A stretch of DNA of 64,000 nt from an uncultured Candidatus Peribacteria bacterium (GCA_964532505.1 CAZHIF010000003.1:21237-85236), one strand, 5' to 3'. Numbered from the stretch's first letter, positions 19,043-29,226 are shown. The notes: generated by a model from the letters alone, not told the origin. Translations and numbers: made by a program.

Positions 19043-19636
19043 TTACATTTCCACAAAATGCCTCAAAATGCTCAACCCCTCTTTTCCGCTTTTTTCTGGG
19101 TGAAATTGCACTCCCCAAATATTTTTTTGCTGAATCGCCGAACAGAATGAAAAGTTTTCATACACGGTGGAAGCAATCGTTTTGCTGGAGTCAAATGGAT
19201 CACAGTAATAGGAGTGCACAAAATAAAAATCGGTTTTTTGGGGAGTATTTTCGAAAAGAGGATTTTCTGTGTGTGTAATTTCGTTCCAACCCATATGCGG
19301 AACGATGTGTACAAGATTTTGATCAAATTTTTTCACACTTCCTGAAATGATTCCAAGGCATTTGGTATCTCCTTCTTCAGAAAAATCAAAAAGCATCTGC
19401 ATCCCCACACAAATTCCCAACACAGATTTTTCTGTCGTTTTGAGAAACGCATCAAATCCTCTATTTTGTAATTCTTTCATGCAGCTTTTGGCATGTCCCA
19501 CTCCTGGGAAAATCACTTTTTCTGTATTTATCAGTGCATCAGGAGAAGAAGCTACTACAAAAGGGGTGCCAAGAGACTCCAGTGCATTACACACCGATTG
19601 CAGGTTTCCCGCATTATAGTCTATAATTCCGAGCAT
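19043..19636 (-). CDS. hisH: imidazole glycerol phosphate synthase, glutamine amidotransferase subunit HisH-like
   Basis: MLGIIDYNAGNLQSVCNAL, FPGVGH, LGICVGMQ (catalytic Cys), and VQFHPEKSG (His/Glu). Collinear with E. coli HisH as remembered. Confidence 0.9.
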   Translation of the reverse strand: MLGIIDYNAGNLQSVCNALESLGTPFVVASSPDALINTEKVIFPGVGHAKSCMKELQNRGFDAFLKTTEKSVLGICVGMQMLFDFSEEGDTKCLGIISGSVKKFDQNLVHIVPHMGWNEITHTENPLFENTPQKTDFYFVHSYYCDPFDSSKTIASTVYENFSFCSAIQQKNIWGVQFHPEKSGKEGLSILRHFVEM

Positions 19637-19844
19637 AAAAAAACATTATGAATTTATACATATTGTAAACAAATGCCATTTTGTATGCTAGAATTTTTTT
19701 TGTTGTCTTAAAATTCACTAATTTTTCATAAAAAGAGAGGAGGCGTAAATATTCTCTCTTTTTTGTGGAAATTGATATGTTTTTTCCCTCAATCCCTGTC
19801 AAATAGGTGTTTTGGAATTTTGAAAAAGGCATGGGAATGAAGCC

Positions 19845-21437
19845 TTAGTACTTCTCTAATGCATCGATTAAGTCCAAAAGTGAATTTTTCTGCGTTTCCC
19901 AATTTTTATAAGAATTACTCTTTTTAAAATTCAAAGACTGATTACTTTCTTGCCCGAACAACGGATTAAAAACTTTTTCCAAATCCCAATTTTTAATTTC
20001 ATTTCGTAATATTTCAATGTCTGCCACTGGTATAAAATTTTTCGCTTTAATTGTAGATTGAAATTTTTTTACCTTCTTTTCCCATATTTTCATAGTCTTG
20101 TCGAGTTCTTCTGCAAGAAGCTTTTCTTTAGGTTTTTCATTATCCTCCGGATTGTCGGGATTTAAAAAATGTGAAGATGTAATATTGCTTGGACCACTAT
20201 GATAAAAATGTGGGTTTAATGCATTCTGGCCATGTTCTGGAGGAGTGCCTTTTCCTCTTTGTTTTTCAATAAACTGTCTTTCTAAAAAATCGTTGTTGAT
20301 AATGCGATATGCCAAAGGAATATATTCTGCAATTTCTTGTTCGTTAGGAATAAACTGCTTTAATGCTAAAAATTTTTTTGCGTTTTTTTGCAGTTGTAGA
20401 ATATTTTGCTGGGTGGCCTTTAAATGATCAGAATTGATTAATTTTAAATTTTTTCTAAATTTTTTAAATGATTGCTTCGCTATTCTTTCTGCATCTTCTG
20501 CAATCACTTCTAATATTTTTTGTTTATCTTTAGAAGAAACAGAAGATGATTTTTTTAAAAGATTCAATAGCATTTTTTCCTGCTGTTTTTTTGATTTTTT
20601 CTTTTTCTCTTTATCATTTGTTTTATTGGGGTCAAACTCATCAAAATATGTCAACCAATAGGCAGGATTTGCAGGTTCTTTCTTATGCGCCTCTTCTATT
20701 TGTCGAAAACTTTTTCCTTGACTATGCGCAACTGCTACATCGACTAGAGTATTAGAATTTTCTGGAGACGAAGAATGGGGAGCTCCCGAAGATGAAACTT
20801 CATTCACAGAATTTTCACCATTTGCATTTATTTTTTCATTTCGCCTGACTCCATCTTGCGCAGCATTAAGATTACTTTTCCTTTTTCTGAATTTTTGGAT
20901 TACATTTTCTATTCTTATTTTTTCACCATCCTCAGCCCTTTTTCCCAAACTGGTAAGATTTGAAATAATCGTGGCACACAGGTTTGTATCATTGCAATTT
21001 TCCACAGAAAGGTCTTCTAGTGCTGGAATAACTGAATCGACTAATTTTTGCTTCCAAGCAGCTGCCAATGTTTTTTTTGTTGACTCATCAAAATAATATT
21101 CATTCTCACCAAAAAGATCATTTGCCAGGGTTGCAAAGGTAGCAAGAGATTTAAAAACGGAATAAAAAGAAGAATTATCCATGGAAAAATCTTCGATCTC
21201 GGATTTTCTTTTCTCTGCAGAATTTTCTTGCAACTCTTCAACACCTGCTTGATCGGACGTATTAAGGGGAGTGGGAGTTTTATGATCGGCATTATGAGTA
21301 TTTTCTCTAAAGTTCAAAAACTCAAGAAGCCTAGTAGCATATGTTCTGGATTGCGAAACAATGCTCAAAATTGCAGGCTTAATATTGAGACGCGTATTGC
21401 TCGGTTGGATCGCCTCTGGTGTGTTATGCTTTTTCAT
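19845..21437 (-). CDS. hypothetical Lys/Glu/Asn-rich protein (530 aa), last gene of the ORFan operon
   Basis: A long ORF starting 15 nt after the upstream gene. No TM segment and no recognisable motif. Contains a KKKKSKKQQEK basic tract. Confidence 0.75.
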   Translation of the reverse strand: MKKHNTPEAIQPSNTRLNIKPAILSIVSQSRTYATRLLEFLNFRENTHNADHKTPTPLNTSDQAGVEELQENSAEKRKSEIEDFSMDNSSFYSVFKSLATFATLANDLFGENEYYFDESTKKTLAAAWKQKLVDSVIPALEDLSVENCNDTNLCATIISNLTSLGKRAEDGEKIRIENVIQKFRKRKSNLNAAQDGVRRNEKINANGENSVNEVSSSGAPHSSSPENSNTLVDVAVAHSQGKSFRQIEEAHKKEPANPAYWLTYFDEFDPNKTNDKEKKKKSKKQQEKMLLNLLKKSSSVSSKDKQKILEVIAEDAERIAKQSFKKFRKNLKLINSDHLKATQQNILQLQKNAKKFLALKQFIPNEQEIAEYIPLAYRIINNDFLERQFIEKQRGKGTPPEHGQNALNPHFYHSGPSNITSSHFLNPDNPEDNEKPKEKLLAEELDKTMKIWEKKVKKFQSTIKAKNFIPVADIEILRNEIKNWDLEKVFNPLFGQESNQSLNFKKSNSYKNWETQKNSLLDLIDALEKY

Positions 21438-21452
21438 TATAAAAAAATTATC

Positions 21453-22589
21453 TTATGCCATCACTGCATTTGGCAGTAATGATTTTCTGTTCTGTTTTCT
21501 TCTTTCTTTCATCTCACTTGCCTTTTCAAATAGTGATTTTGCGAGTCTTCCTTCCTTTATTTCTTGTGCAACACTTGTAAATGCTTTGTTGTATTTATCA
21601 GCAATATTTTTTCCCAAAAATAATCGAACGATGGATGAAGTTGGTCGTAAAATAAAAGCAGTTGTTGTATCTATTACATTATCTTTTGTTTCTTTGATAA
21701 TGGAAAAAAGATTTTTTAAAACTCCTTGGCTGTCTTTCACTTGCAAATTCCCATATTCTTTAATTTTTTTGTTTCGAGTAAGAAATCCAAGACCTTGCAT
21801 GGTTTTTCCAAAAGCTCTTCGGCCAAATTGACCCACTCCAGATAGCATAGTGTCGAGCTGAGCTCGAAAGCCATAATAGAGGACGGAGATTGCAGGTCCC
21901 ACAGAAATATCCCATAATACAGGCTTTTCTCCAAAAGGATTATCTTTATCTTTCCACACAGTGGAAACCCCTTTTCCTCCCACATGCTTCACGCCTTCCC
22001 AAGTTTTTTTCAGACCCCAAGAAACTCCTGCTTGTCCGAATTCGTTTCCTTCTTTTCCCCTCCATGTATATTTAAGCCCTTTCCATCCATGGTGCGCTGC
22101 GTCTCGAATAACTGGTGCGGCCAATGCTGCAGCTCCTCCTGCTATCACCATTTCTCCAACCCCTGCACCTGCTAACGCAGCTGTTCCTGCACCCAATGCT
22201 GCAGGAACTCCAATGGTTGAAGTTGCCAATGGCATACTTGCACCAACGGCGGCGCCGACACCTCCACCTAATGCATATCCAGCAGCTGCGTAAGGGACAA
22301 TGCTCCCTACTACACCAATTGCTGCCAATGTTTTTTCCCCAACACCACTTGCTTGTTTAAATTGTTCAACTCTTTTTTGTATTCCTGCTCCTGTGAGAAG
22401 TTTCATTACACTTGATTGATACTTAGCTCTTTGAGGATTTACACCTGACTGAGGTGATTGTGCTGCAGCTACAGATGCAGCGGGAGCAGTGGCAGCCTGA
22501 GGAGAACCTGCAGGAGCAGGTGGTGTTTTGGAAGGCGTGTTAGGAGGTGTATTGTATGCAAGCCGACGCTCAAGAAACATTCCATTCAT
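21453..22589 (-). CDS. hypothetical membrane protein (378 aa) with a Pro/Ala-rich N-terminus and Gly/Ala-rich hydrophobic core
   Basis: NTPPNTPSKTPPAPAGSPQAATAPAAS is followed by about 80 aa of G/A-rich hydrophobic sequence (nt about 22095-22330), then a basic soluble C-terminus. Confidence 0.75.
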   Translation of the reverse strand: MNGMFLERRLAYNTPPNTPSKTPPAPAGSPQAATAPAASVAAAQSPQSGVNPQRAKYQSSVMKLLTGAGIQKRVEQFKQASGVGEKTLAAIGVVGSIVPYAAAGYALGGGVGAAVGASMPLATSTIGVPAALGAGTAALAGAGVGEMVIAGGAAALAAPVIRDAAHHGWKGLKYTWRGKEGNEFGQAGVSWGLKKTWEGVKHVGGKGVSTVWKDKDNPFGEKPVLWDISVGPAISVLYYGFRAQLDTMLSGVGQFGRRAFGKTMQGLGFLTRNKKIKEYGNLQVKDSQGVLKNLFSIIKETKDNVIDTTTAFILRPTSSIVRLFLGKNIADKYNKAFTSVAQEIKEGRLAKSLFEKASEMKERRKQNRKSLLPNAVMA

Positions 22590-22665
22590 AGTGTTTTTTT
22601 AATTTATTATATTTTAAAATTTTTATTTATAAAATGCAATTATTTTTTCTGAATTATGTAGCGGA

Positions 22666-24657
22666 TCAAGACTTACTCCATCCTTTTTTGATCATCTCCC
22701 ATAATATTTCGGATATTCCATGTTCTGTAATCTTCCCCAAAAGGCCAGAACCGCCTGAAGATTCTGAGTTAGAGGTAGAAGATGGAGATTGCGCCGCTTC
22801 TGCTGTTTCAAAATTGTGAGTCCATTGATTATATCCATCAAATTTACGACTAAAGGTAAGAGAAAGAGCATTATTTGTTGTTAATATTTTTACAATTATA
22901 GATTTTAACCCCCCTTTCGCAGTATCCGAGTTAATAGCCTGCAAAAATCTAGACTTGGCACTTTCTTCTAAAGAATTATAAGTCGTTTGCAGGTTTATCT
23001 TTTCTGCAATTTCATTAGTATAAGTTCCATTAAAAATAGCATCATTAAATTCGTTTTCAAATTGCGATATATAAGAATTTGCCGCTTCTGGATTCTTCGA
23101 TTGCAAAGCATTAAAAACACTCAACATTGAATCTGCAGAATTTGTTGTGTTTCCATAATCATTGCGAATACTGGTTGCATTATCATTTAAAAACCTTTCC
23201 CAAGCATCTTTTTTATACAGCTTCTTTTTTTCATCGGTAGAAATATATTTTACAATTTCTCTTCTAAGCATAAGATCATTGGATTCCATAATCTTTTCAA
23301 CCCAAGGTTTGTTTTTAGCCCAAAGGCTTTTTTTTCTATCTGATGCAGAGGTATACGGATCAACCTTAAAATTTGCAGTTCTTCCAATAAGCGCCAACCT
23401 ATCCAAAATCTCGTTAGGAGTCATATGCAATGCTGTTTCATTTTGGAATATCCAGTGGGTTTTTCTTTTTTTCTCCCTTTTATACAAAAACGCATTCCAT
23501 CCGGTTGTCACCCCTGTTTCATTTTCTTGATTCAACAATTCTTTCATAAACTGCATTCTTCCTTTTTTCCCCAAATCAAAATGGCTTCTTTTTTCATCCC
23601 AAGTCATATTTTTAATACGTTTAGTAGACAAAAAAGGCACCTTTTCTGAAAGTGTTGTAAATGCTTTTTGTCCATCAGCCTCATCTTGCGCTAAAATCTT
23701 CTGAAACAGGGTAAAAAATCTTTCAATATCAGGATCATTTTCTAGCCTATGTTTATCAACTTTTTGAGTGTTTTTCAGAAGCCCATGAACCACCGCACCA
23801 GCTCCAACAGCTCCAGCCACTCCCAAAGAAACAACCGGAATGGATGCCATTGCAGCAGTTACCCCTGCTCCCACCATCAATGTTTTTGAAGTATTACTCC
23901 ACAATCGTAAAGACATTAAGTCATTCTTAACATTCGTAATAGTAGACTTAATAGTATTTATTCCTTCTTTTTTCAAAGGATTCACATTGATTCCAGAAAT
24001 GGATAAATGTGATATCATATTTCGAACGGCAATAATCCCTCCTGCTATTGCTGCAGTAGCAGGGGTAAGCGCAAAGAAAGGAAGGCTCAATACTAACAAA
24101 AATTGCAAAATAATAAGAAGTCGATTCCTCCATACAGAATCTTTTCCTTTCAGTAGTTGAGCTACTCCAATTGCACCTCCAGACAACAATAAGCCAATAG
24201 CATTCACATCGCCAGGCAACAAACCAATTGCCGCACCAATTCCCACAATAGTGGATATGATAATAGGGGAAAATACTCCATCTTTTCCAAAACGAGTCAA
24301 AAAATCATCAATAGTAAATCCCCCTTCATATTTTTTTGCCTGATTACTTTCATGAAAAGCATTTATTAAACCAGAACCAATAGCTAATCCTGGAGGTAAG
24401 GCAAGAGCTCCATGAAAATAACCACGAAAAGATTCAATAACACCATTCACTGCATTTTTACCTCCTTCTAACAGAGTCTTTCCCACCTCAGAAAAAGGAA
24501 GTTCATCACTGGGGATCCCCACACCTCCTGTAGTAGCATTATCTATAGGAGTTCCAAAATCAAAAGTAGGATTCAAGATACTACTTTCAACTACTGGATC
24601 TGCCGGTGGACAAGCTATTGTTTGTCCTGTCGCATTTTTACAGTATAATGTTTCCAT
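22666..24657 (-). CDS. hypothetical polytopic membrane protein (663 aa) with a large soluble C-terminal domain
   Basis: The N-terminal half has several Gly/Ala-rich hydrophobic helices (nt about 23780-24275). The C-terminal roughly 350 aa are hydrophilic. No recognisable motif. Confidence 0.8.
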   Translation of the reverse strand: METLYCKNATGQTIACPPADPVVESSILNPTFDFGTPIDNATTGGVGIPSDELPFSEVGKTLLEGGKNAVNGVIESFRGYFHGALALPPGLAIGSGLINAFHESNQAKKYEGGFTIDDFLTRFGKDGVFSPIIISTIVGIGAAIGLLPGDVNAIGLLLSGGAIGVAQLLKGKDSVWRNRLLIILQFLLVLSLPFFALTPATAAIAGGIIAVRNMISHLSISGINVNPLKKEGINTIKSTITNVKNDLMSLRLWSNTSKTLMVGAGVTAAMASIPVVSLGVAGAVGAGAVVHGLLKNTQKVDKHRLENDPDIERFFTLFQKILAQDEADGQKAFTTLSEKVPFLSTKRIKNMTWDEKRSHFDLGKKGRMQFMKELLNQENETGVTTGWNAFLYKREKKRKTHWIFQNETALHMTPNEILDRLALIGRTANFKVDPYTSASDRKKSLWAKNKPWVEKIMESNDLMLRREIVKYISTDEKKKLYKKDAWERFLNDNATSIRNDYGNTTNSADSMLSVFNALQSKNPEAANSYISQFENEFNDAIFNGTYTNEIAEKINLQTTYNSLEESAKSRFLQAINSDTAKGGLKSIIVKILTTNNALSLTFSRKFDGYNQWTHNFETAEAAQSPSSTSNSESSGGSGLLGKITEHGISEILWEMIKKGWSKS

Positions 24658-24675
24658 TTTGGATTTTTATTTATT

Positions 24676-27600
24676 TTAAGGAGATGAAGGAGGAGGTGTA
24701 ATTCCAATGCTATCAATAAAAGCTTTAAAATCCTTTACGTCTACATATATATCATTAAATTCTGTTTGCAAAGTTGAGAGGCTCGCTGATTGTTCTGAGG
24801 TAGCTTCTCTCCAAATAGCAAAAACTTTTTTAGTATTTTCTAACGTTTCATTAAATCTTCTACCTATTTCATCTGCATTCAACAATTGTGCACTTGCTGC
24901 ATTTTTTTCTGCATCGGTAGCCTTAGGGGTAGGTTTTCTTTCTTTAATTGTAGCATATAACTTATTGAGATTTGTTTGAATAATAATCATTTCATTTTTT
25001 TTCTCTTGCAGAGTTGCCAATAAATTTAATGCCATTTCTTTTGCCTTTTCCTTTCCAATTTTTGGCACAAGACTTTTCAAATCACCTTTGGCATCTACTT
25101 CATTCTCCGCCCAAGAGGTATCTGTCTTCATATTTTCCACAAAAGCATTTTCTAATTCTGCAACCGAAATAATAATTCCTGAATCACTCAATTCTTTTGC
25201 CCTATCTTCCAATGGGGATTTTTGAGTGGTTGGATCTTTTTCTTTCAATTTCTTCATAATATTGGGAATGGTTGGAAGTTCTTTAATCATCTTGTCAACA
25301 TACTCTGTTGTTTGCAGAGAAACTAATGGACCAGTGCTGTTAAACTTTCCTTTTTCAATTCCTGCGCCCACCGCTTGCATTCCCAAGAAATTAGCAATTT
25401 CTGTACCCGCAGCTGGAACCGCATTCCACGCATTTCGCAAATATCCAACGGAAGAAACCGCATTGGCAATAGCTCCTCCTTGAATCACTTGCATCACTTC
25501 CGAGCTGGTAATATTTCCCCATTGCACAGGCTTATCATCTGCGGTAGGGCTGAATGTTCCTTCTATTATCCCTGCCTGTGCCTTGCTGATAATCGAGGTT
25601 CGAATATTTTTAATTTCTGCAAAGAATGCAGTTTCATCTGGAACAATTGCATTGATAAATGCATCCCATTGACTAGGTGACATATTTCCTCGAATCCCGT
25701 ATGCTTGGATAATAGCGCTTTGAATTTCTTGATTGCTGATATAATCTTTCAAGGCAACTTTGAAAGCATCTTGGGTATTGCCGTTAGGAGAAATGGGCGT
25801 TGCGTTTGCATTTAAAGCATAATTTGCAAGCGGATCAACAGCGCTTGTTTTTAGCCAATTGAGCACTCCCATAATAGCATCTGGACTGGCTTTCAGCGCA
25901 TCATTAGTAATTTCAAGACCTTTTCCAGTAAGCATAAATGGTAGCTTGATAATCCAAGGAGCATTATCATATTTTTCCACAATAAATTTCGTTGCTTCAT
26001 TGGTCCCATCCCAAAACACCAATTCATCACCAGCTCCTTCCCACACCTTGTATCCCATTTTTTGCACAAAAGCGAGCATGTCTTTTCCTTCTTTTGAAAG
26101 GTCAATGCCAAAATTCTGTTCAAATTCATCAAATTTTCGAGCCATAAATCCACTTGTTACCCCCCACAACTCTGACAAATCGGCAATCATTTGAGATTTT
26201 CCTTCTTTTACCATTTTTTCCTGTTTTGCAGTTACCTCCGATGCAAAAATAATATCCATATTGAATTTCCCACTATTTTGCAAAAGTCGAGCTTCTGCTG
26301 TATTTCCAAGATAGGTATCTCGAATATATCCAAATCCATTTTCGGGACTTGCTACATCGTTTGGATGTTCTTTGTTATTGGCACTTACGTGCATAAAAAA
26401 GTTTTCTAAATATTGATACATCGCCTTTGCTTTATAGCTTTCGGAATTTTCTCCTGCTGGTGCTTTAATAAATCCTAATGCTTTTTTTGCAATTTCATTT
26501 TCACAAATAATATTAAAAGGATGGAGTTTATATTTTTCTTTTTCAGAAAGAGTGCTTTGAGAAACATTCTCATACCATTGTAATGCAACACTTGGATCAA
26601 TTCCTTTCAAAGCCATTCCTGCAAACAGCCTATCTCTTTTGTCAATTTCATATTTCCCCCATCGCTTATCCATTCCCTCTGCTCTTTCCATAAACATTCC
26701 CACGGGATCTGTGGTTGAAATTTCTTCTCCCAACGCATACCGCTCTGCATCATCCCACATATTACTCCCTTTTATATTTTCATAGAGATCGGAAGATGCC
26801 ACTCCAACAAGCGTCGCAATTCCCGCCCCCATGGCAATTTTTCTTCCTTTTTTCGTCATCAATAAAAGCACTGCCAAAGCCACCATCACTCCTGTACCTT
26901 GCATTTCTCCATTGGTGGCATAGTCTTTCAATTCTCCAAAAAATGTTGAAAGATTTCCTTGCGCATTTGCTTCTTTTCCAAATTTATCAAGCACATCTTC
27001 AGGGCTAGCACTTCCTGTTGCTCCTGTTGTATTTTGCCTTTCTTTGATATATCCTCGAATTTGTTGTATAAATGATGGAAGTTGATTTTGGGGAATTTGA
27101 GAAAGCCTTTGAGATCCCACTGCAAATAAAAGAAACTGCTGAATCACAGGATTTGAGGGGTTCCATTGTTCAGCCAACAAAATCTTTCTTTCGTCTTGGC
27201 TTGCTGTGGTAAAAAATTCAAGATATTTGGCATATATAAACCCTGCTTTCACCCCATACTGTTTTTCAAACATGGATTCTTGAGAAATTTCTCCTTTTTG
27301 GTCTAAATTCACTTCTCGATAGCTTCGCAATGCATTATAAAAATTATCCCTTTCGGAAGCATTGAGAGCATGCGCCCAATAGAGATTTGCATCTATTGTA
27401 AATTTTTTAATAAGGAATTCTTTTTTCTGTGGATTTTGCTCGTTTATAATGGCGCCAATATCTCCATAAAACTTAGCAGTAAATGGCATGTTATGGTTTG
27501 AATCTGCTTCATAGACGGCAATATTTTGCAAAAGACGATGTAGTGAAGCGGCAGGAACTCCTCCTGCTTCAGATGCGTAAATTAAGAATGATTTAGTAGA

Positions 27601-29226
27601 AGCATCAGGTGGAGCTGCAAGATTAGAAAAAATAACCTTCTCTAGTTCCGTGTGTACATGCGCCATTTCCTTGAGCGCAAGATTGGTATTCAGATTTCCT
27701 TTATCGTCAATCAATTCAGAATGGAGTATAACTCCAGTATCCACCTCAGACCGTCCCGCATGTTGTTTTTTTAAGATGCGTAATTGATCTTTGAAATATG
27801 CAATTTTTTGTGCAGCCAACTCCCTATCTTGTTTTGTTTGCTCTGCTATTTCTGGGTTATTGGAAATCTTTGTTGAAATTTTTTCGAGCTGCTCAATATA
27901 TTTCTCTACTTGTTGCATCATGACCACCTCATTTGTCAAATGATTTCCATTTTTATCAATCTGAAATCCATTGATAGTGTGTCCAACGAAAGAAACAAGT
28001 TTTTGGAATACTTCTGGCTGATAACTAATAGAAAGCATTCCAAATCGTTCTGCTAAGGTGTTGGTATCAGAAAAATGCAATCCATGAGTCTCTGCAATAT
28101 CGTTTCGTATTGCAGTTGCCTTGCCATATTCTTCATTACTAGATATAGGATTTGACACTGTTTCTCCTGCCAATTGCAGTGCGCTATTCATCTGAAATTG
28201 TTTTTGCTTTTCCTTCAACAATGAACGATAAATCGCCTCCATTCGATTCAAAAAGTCATTAGCACTTTCTGATAAATGAGGCTCATTCCCAGGATTTGGA
28301 TTGGTGAGTGTTTGCTGTGATTGTTTCCACTTTGTAATTTTTTTATCCACTTCATTTCTTATATTCGAAATTTTTCTCAATCCTTCCCAAATTTTATTAT
28401 CCGTAAAGGGGCTATCATTAGCCCTTATGGCATTTAAATCATTTATAAAAGTCTGCAGCTCATATTCTCTTTCTTGCCTCCATTTCTCATCAGAAGTATT
28501 TCTATCGCTATGTAAATCTATCGGAATAATCCACAGTATATGATTTGCAAAACTTCTAGCGCCATAATCCCACACCTTTTGCGCCTCAATGGCATTGGCA
28601 GCTCGTTGATTTTGCAAAAATTCCAATTCACTTTTATAAGTCTCTGCATCTCTCTTAAAATCAGCTTTTAACACTTCTGCATCTTTTGGAGAATGAGTCC
28701 TCAATTCATTCATCCCAGAAACCAATACTTGATCTCCTCTCACATATAACTTCTTAAATCCTTCATCAAAATCTGCCTCGCTGAGCTGTTGCCCTGTATA
28801 AAAAGACTGAGAAGCATTTTGCTGTGATTGAGAATGTCGCACCTTCCATCCCTCAACTGCCACCATTCCAACCCAAGAAAGATAGCCTTTGCGCTGTTCA
28901 TCCGAAAGGCTATTGGCATATCCCATGAGTTTTTCTGAAAAATCTTTTTCCAAAAAAACATCAAAAGATCCGTGCCAAGTGTTTGCAGGTGTAGGATTAT
29001 ATTCGCGGCGCAGATTCGCATTTTGCGCTTGAATTCTTTCTTGATATCTTGACAACCCAATTCTAGCCCGCTCCTGTTGTTGTTGATAATATATCGCTTG
29101 CTGAGCTTCTTCCTCTGGAGATCGATACAACCTTCCTCTTTCTGGAGACGCAGAAAGAGGCGATGGCTGATTCTCCCACGCCCTCCGTGCTTCATAAAAC
29201 CAATGCTGTTGTGATGGTAATATCAT
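24676..29226 (-). CDS. giant hypothetical protein (1516 aa) with a central paired hydrophobic hairpin, first gene of the ORFan operon
   Basis: An uninterrupted 4.55-kb ORF with no signal peptide. The only hydrophobic region is GVMVALAVLLLMTKKGRKIAMGAGIATLVGVA at nt about 26795-26910. No P-loop or catalytic motif seen. Confidence 0.85.
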   Translation of the reverse strand: MILPSQQHWFYEARRAWENQPSPLSASPERGRLYRSPEEEAQQAIYYQQQQERARIGLSRYQERIQAQNANLRREYNPTPANTWHGSFDVFLEKDFSEKLMGYANSLSDEQRKGYLSWVGMVAVEGWKVRHSQSQQNASQSFYTGQQLSEADFDEGFKKLYVRGDQVLVSGMNELRTHSPKDAEVLKADFKRDAETYKSELEFLQNQRAANAIEAQKVWDYGARSFANHILWIIPIDLHSDRNTSDEKWRQEREYELQTFINDLNAIRANDSPFTDNKIWEGLRKISNIRNEVDKKITKWKQSQQTLTNPNPGNEPHLSESANDFLNRMEAIYRSLLKEKQKQFQMNSALQLAGETVSNPISSNEEYGKATAIRNDIAETHGLHFSDTNTLAERFGMLSISYQPEVFQKLVSFVGHTINGFQIDKNGNHLTNEVVMMQQVEKYIEQLEKISTKISNNPEIAEQTKQDRELAAQKIAYFKDQLRILKKQHAGRSEVDTGVILHSELIDDKGNLNTNLALKEMAHVHTELEKVIFSNLAAPPDASTKSFLIYASEAGGVPAASLHRLLQNIAVYEADSNHNMPFTAKFYGDIGAIINEQNPQKKEFLIKKFTIDANLYWAHALNASERDNFYNALRSYREVNLDQKGEISQESMFEKQYGVKAGFIYAKYLEFFTTASQDERKILLAEQWNPSNPVIQQFLLFAVGSQRLSQIPQNQLPSFIQQIRGYIKERQNTTGATGSASPEDVLDKFGKEANAQGNLSTFFGELKDYATNGEMQGTGVMVALAVLLLMTKKGRKIAMGAGIATLVGVASSDLYENIKGSNMWDDAERYALGEEISTTDPVGMFMERAEGMDKRWGKYEIDKRDRLFAGMALKGIDPSVALQWYENVSQSTLSEKEKYKLHPFNIICENEIAKKALGFIKAPAGENSESYKAKAMYQYLENFFMHVSANNKEHPNDVASPENGFGYIRDTYLGNTAEARLLQNSGKFNMDIIFASEVTAKQEKMVKEGKSQMIADLSELWGVTSGFMARKFDEFEQNFGIDLSKEGKDMLAFVQKMGYKVWEGAGDELVFWDGTNEATKFIVEKYDNAPWIIKLPFMLTGKGLEITNDALKASPDAIMGVLNWLKTSAVDPLANYALNANATPISPNGNTQDAFKVALKDYISNQEIQSAIIQAYGIRGNMSPSQWDAFINAIVPDETAFFAEIKNIRTSIISKAQAGIIEGTFSPTADDKPVQWGNITSSEVMQVIQGGAIANAVSSVGYLRNAWNAVPAAGTEIANFLGMQAVGAGIEKGKFNSTGPLVSLQTTEYVDKMIKELPTIPNIMKKLKEKDPTTQKSPLEDRAKELSDSGIIISVAELENAFVENMKTDTSWAENEVDAKGDLKSLVPKIGKEKAKEMALNLLATLQEKKNEMIIIQTNLNKLYATIKERKPTPKATDAEKNAASAQLLNADEIGRRFNETLENTKKVFAIWREATSEQSASLSTLQTEFNDIYVDVKDFKAFIDSIGITPPPSSP

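Noticed and set aside
21961-22360. Plus-strand ORFs encoding Pro/Ala-rich peptides (21961-22293, 22115-22360).
   Set aside because: They are antisense shadows of the Gly/Ala-rich segment of the 378-aa minus-strand protein. They have no independent start context and are fully nested in a longer, operon-embedded ORF.
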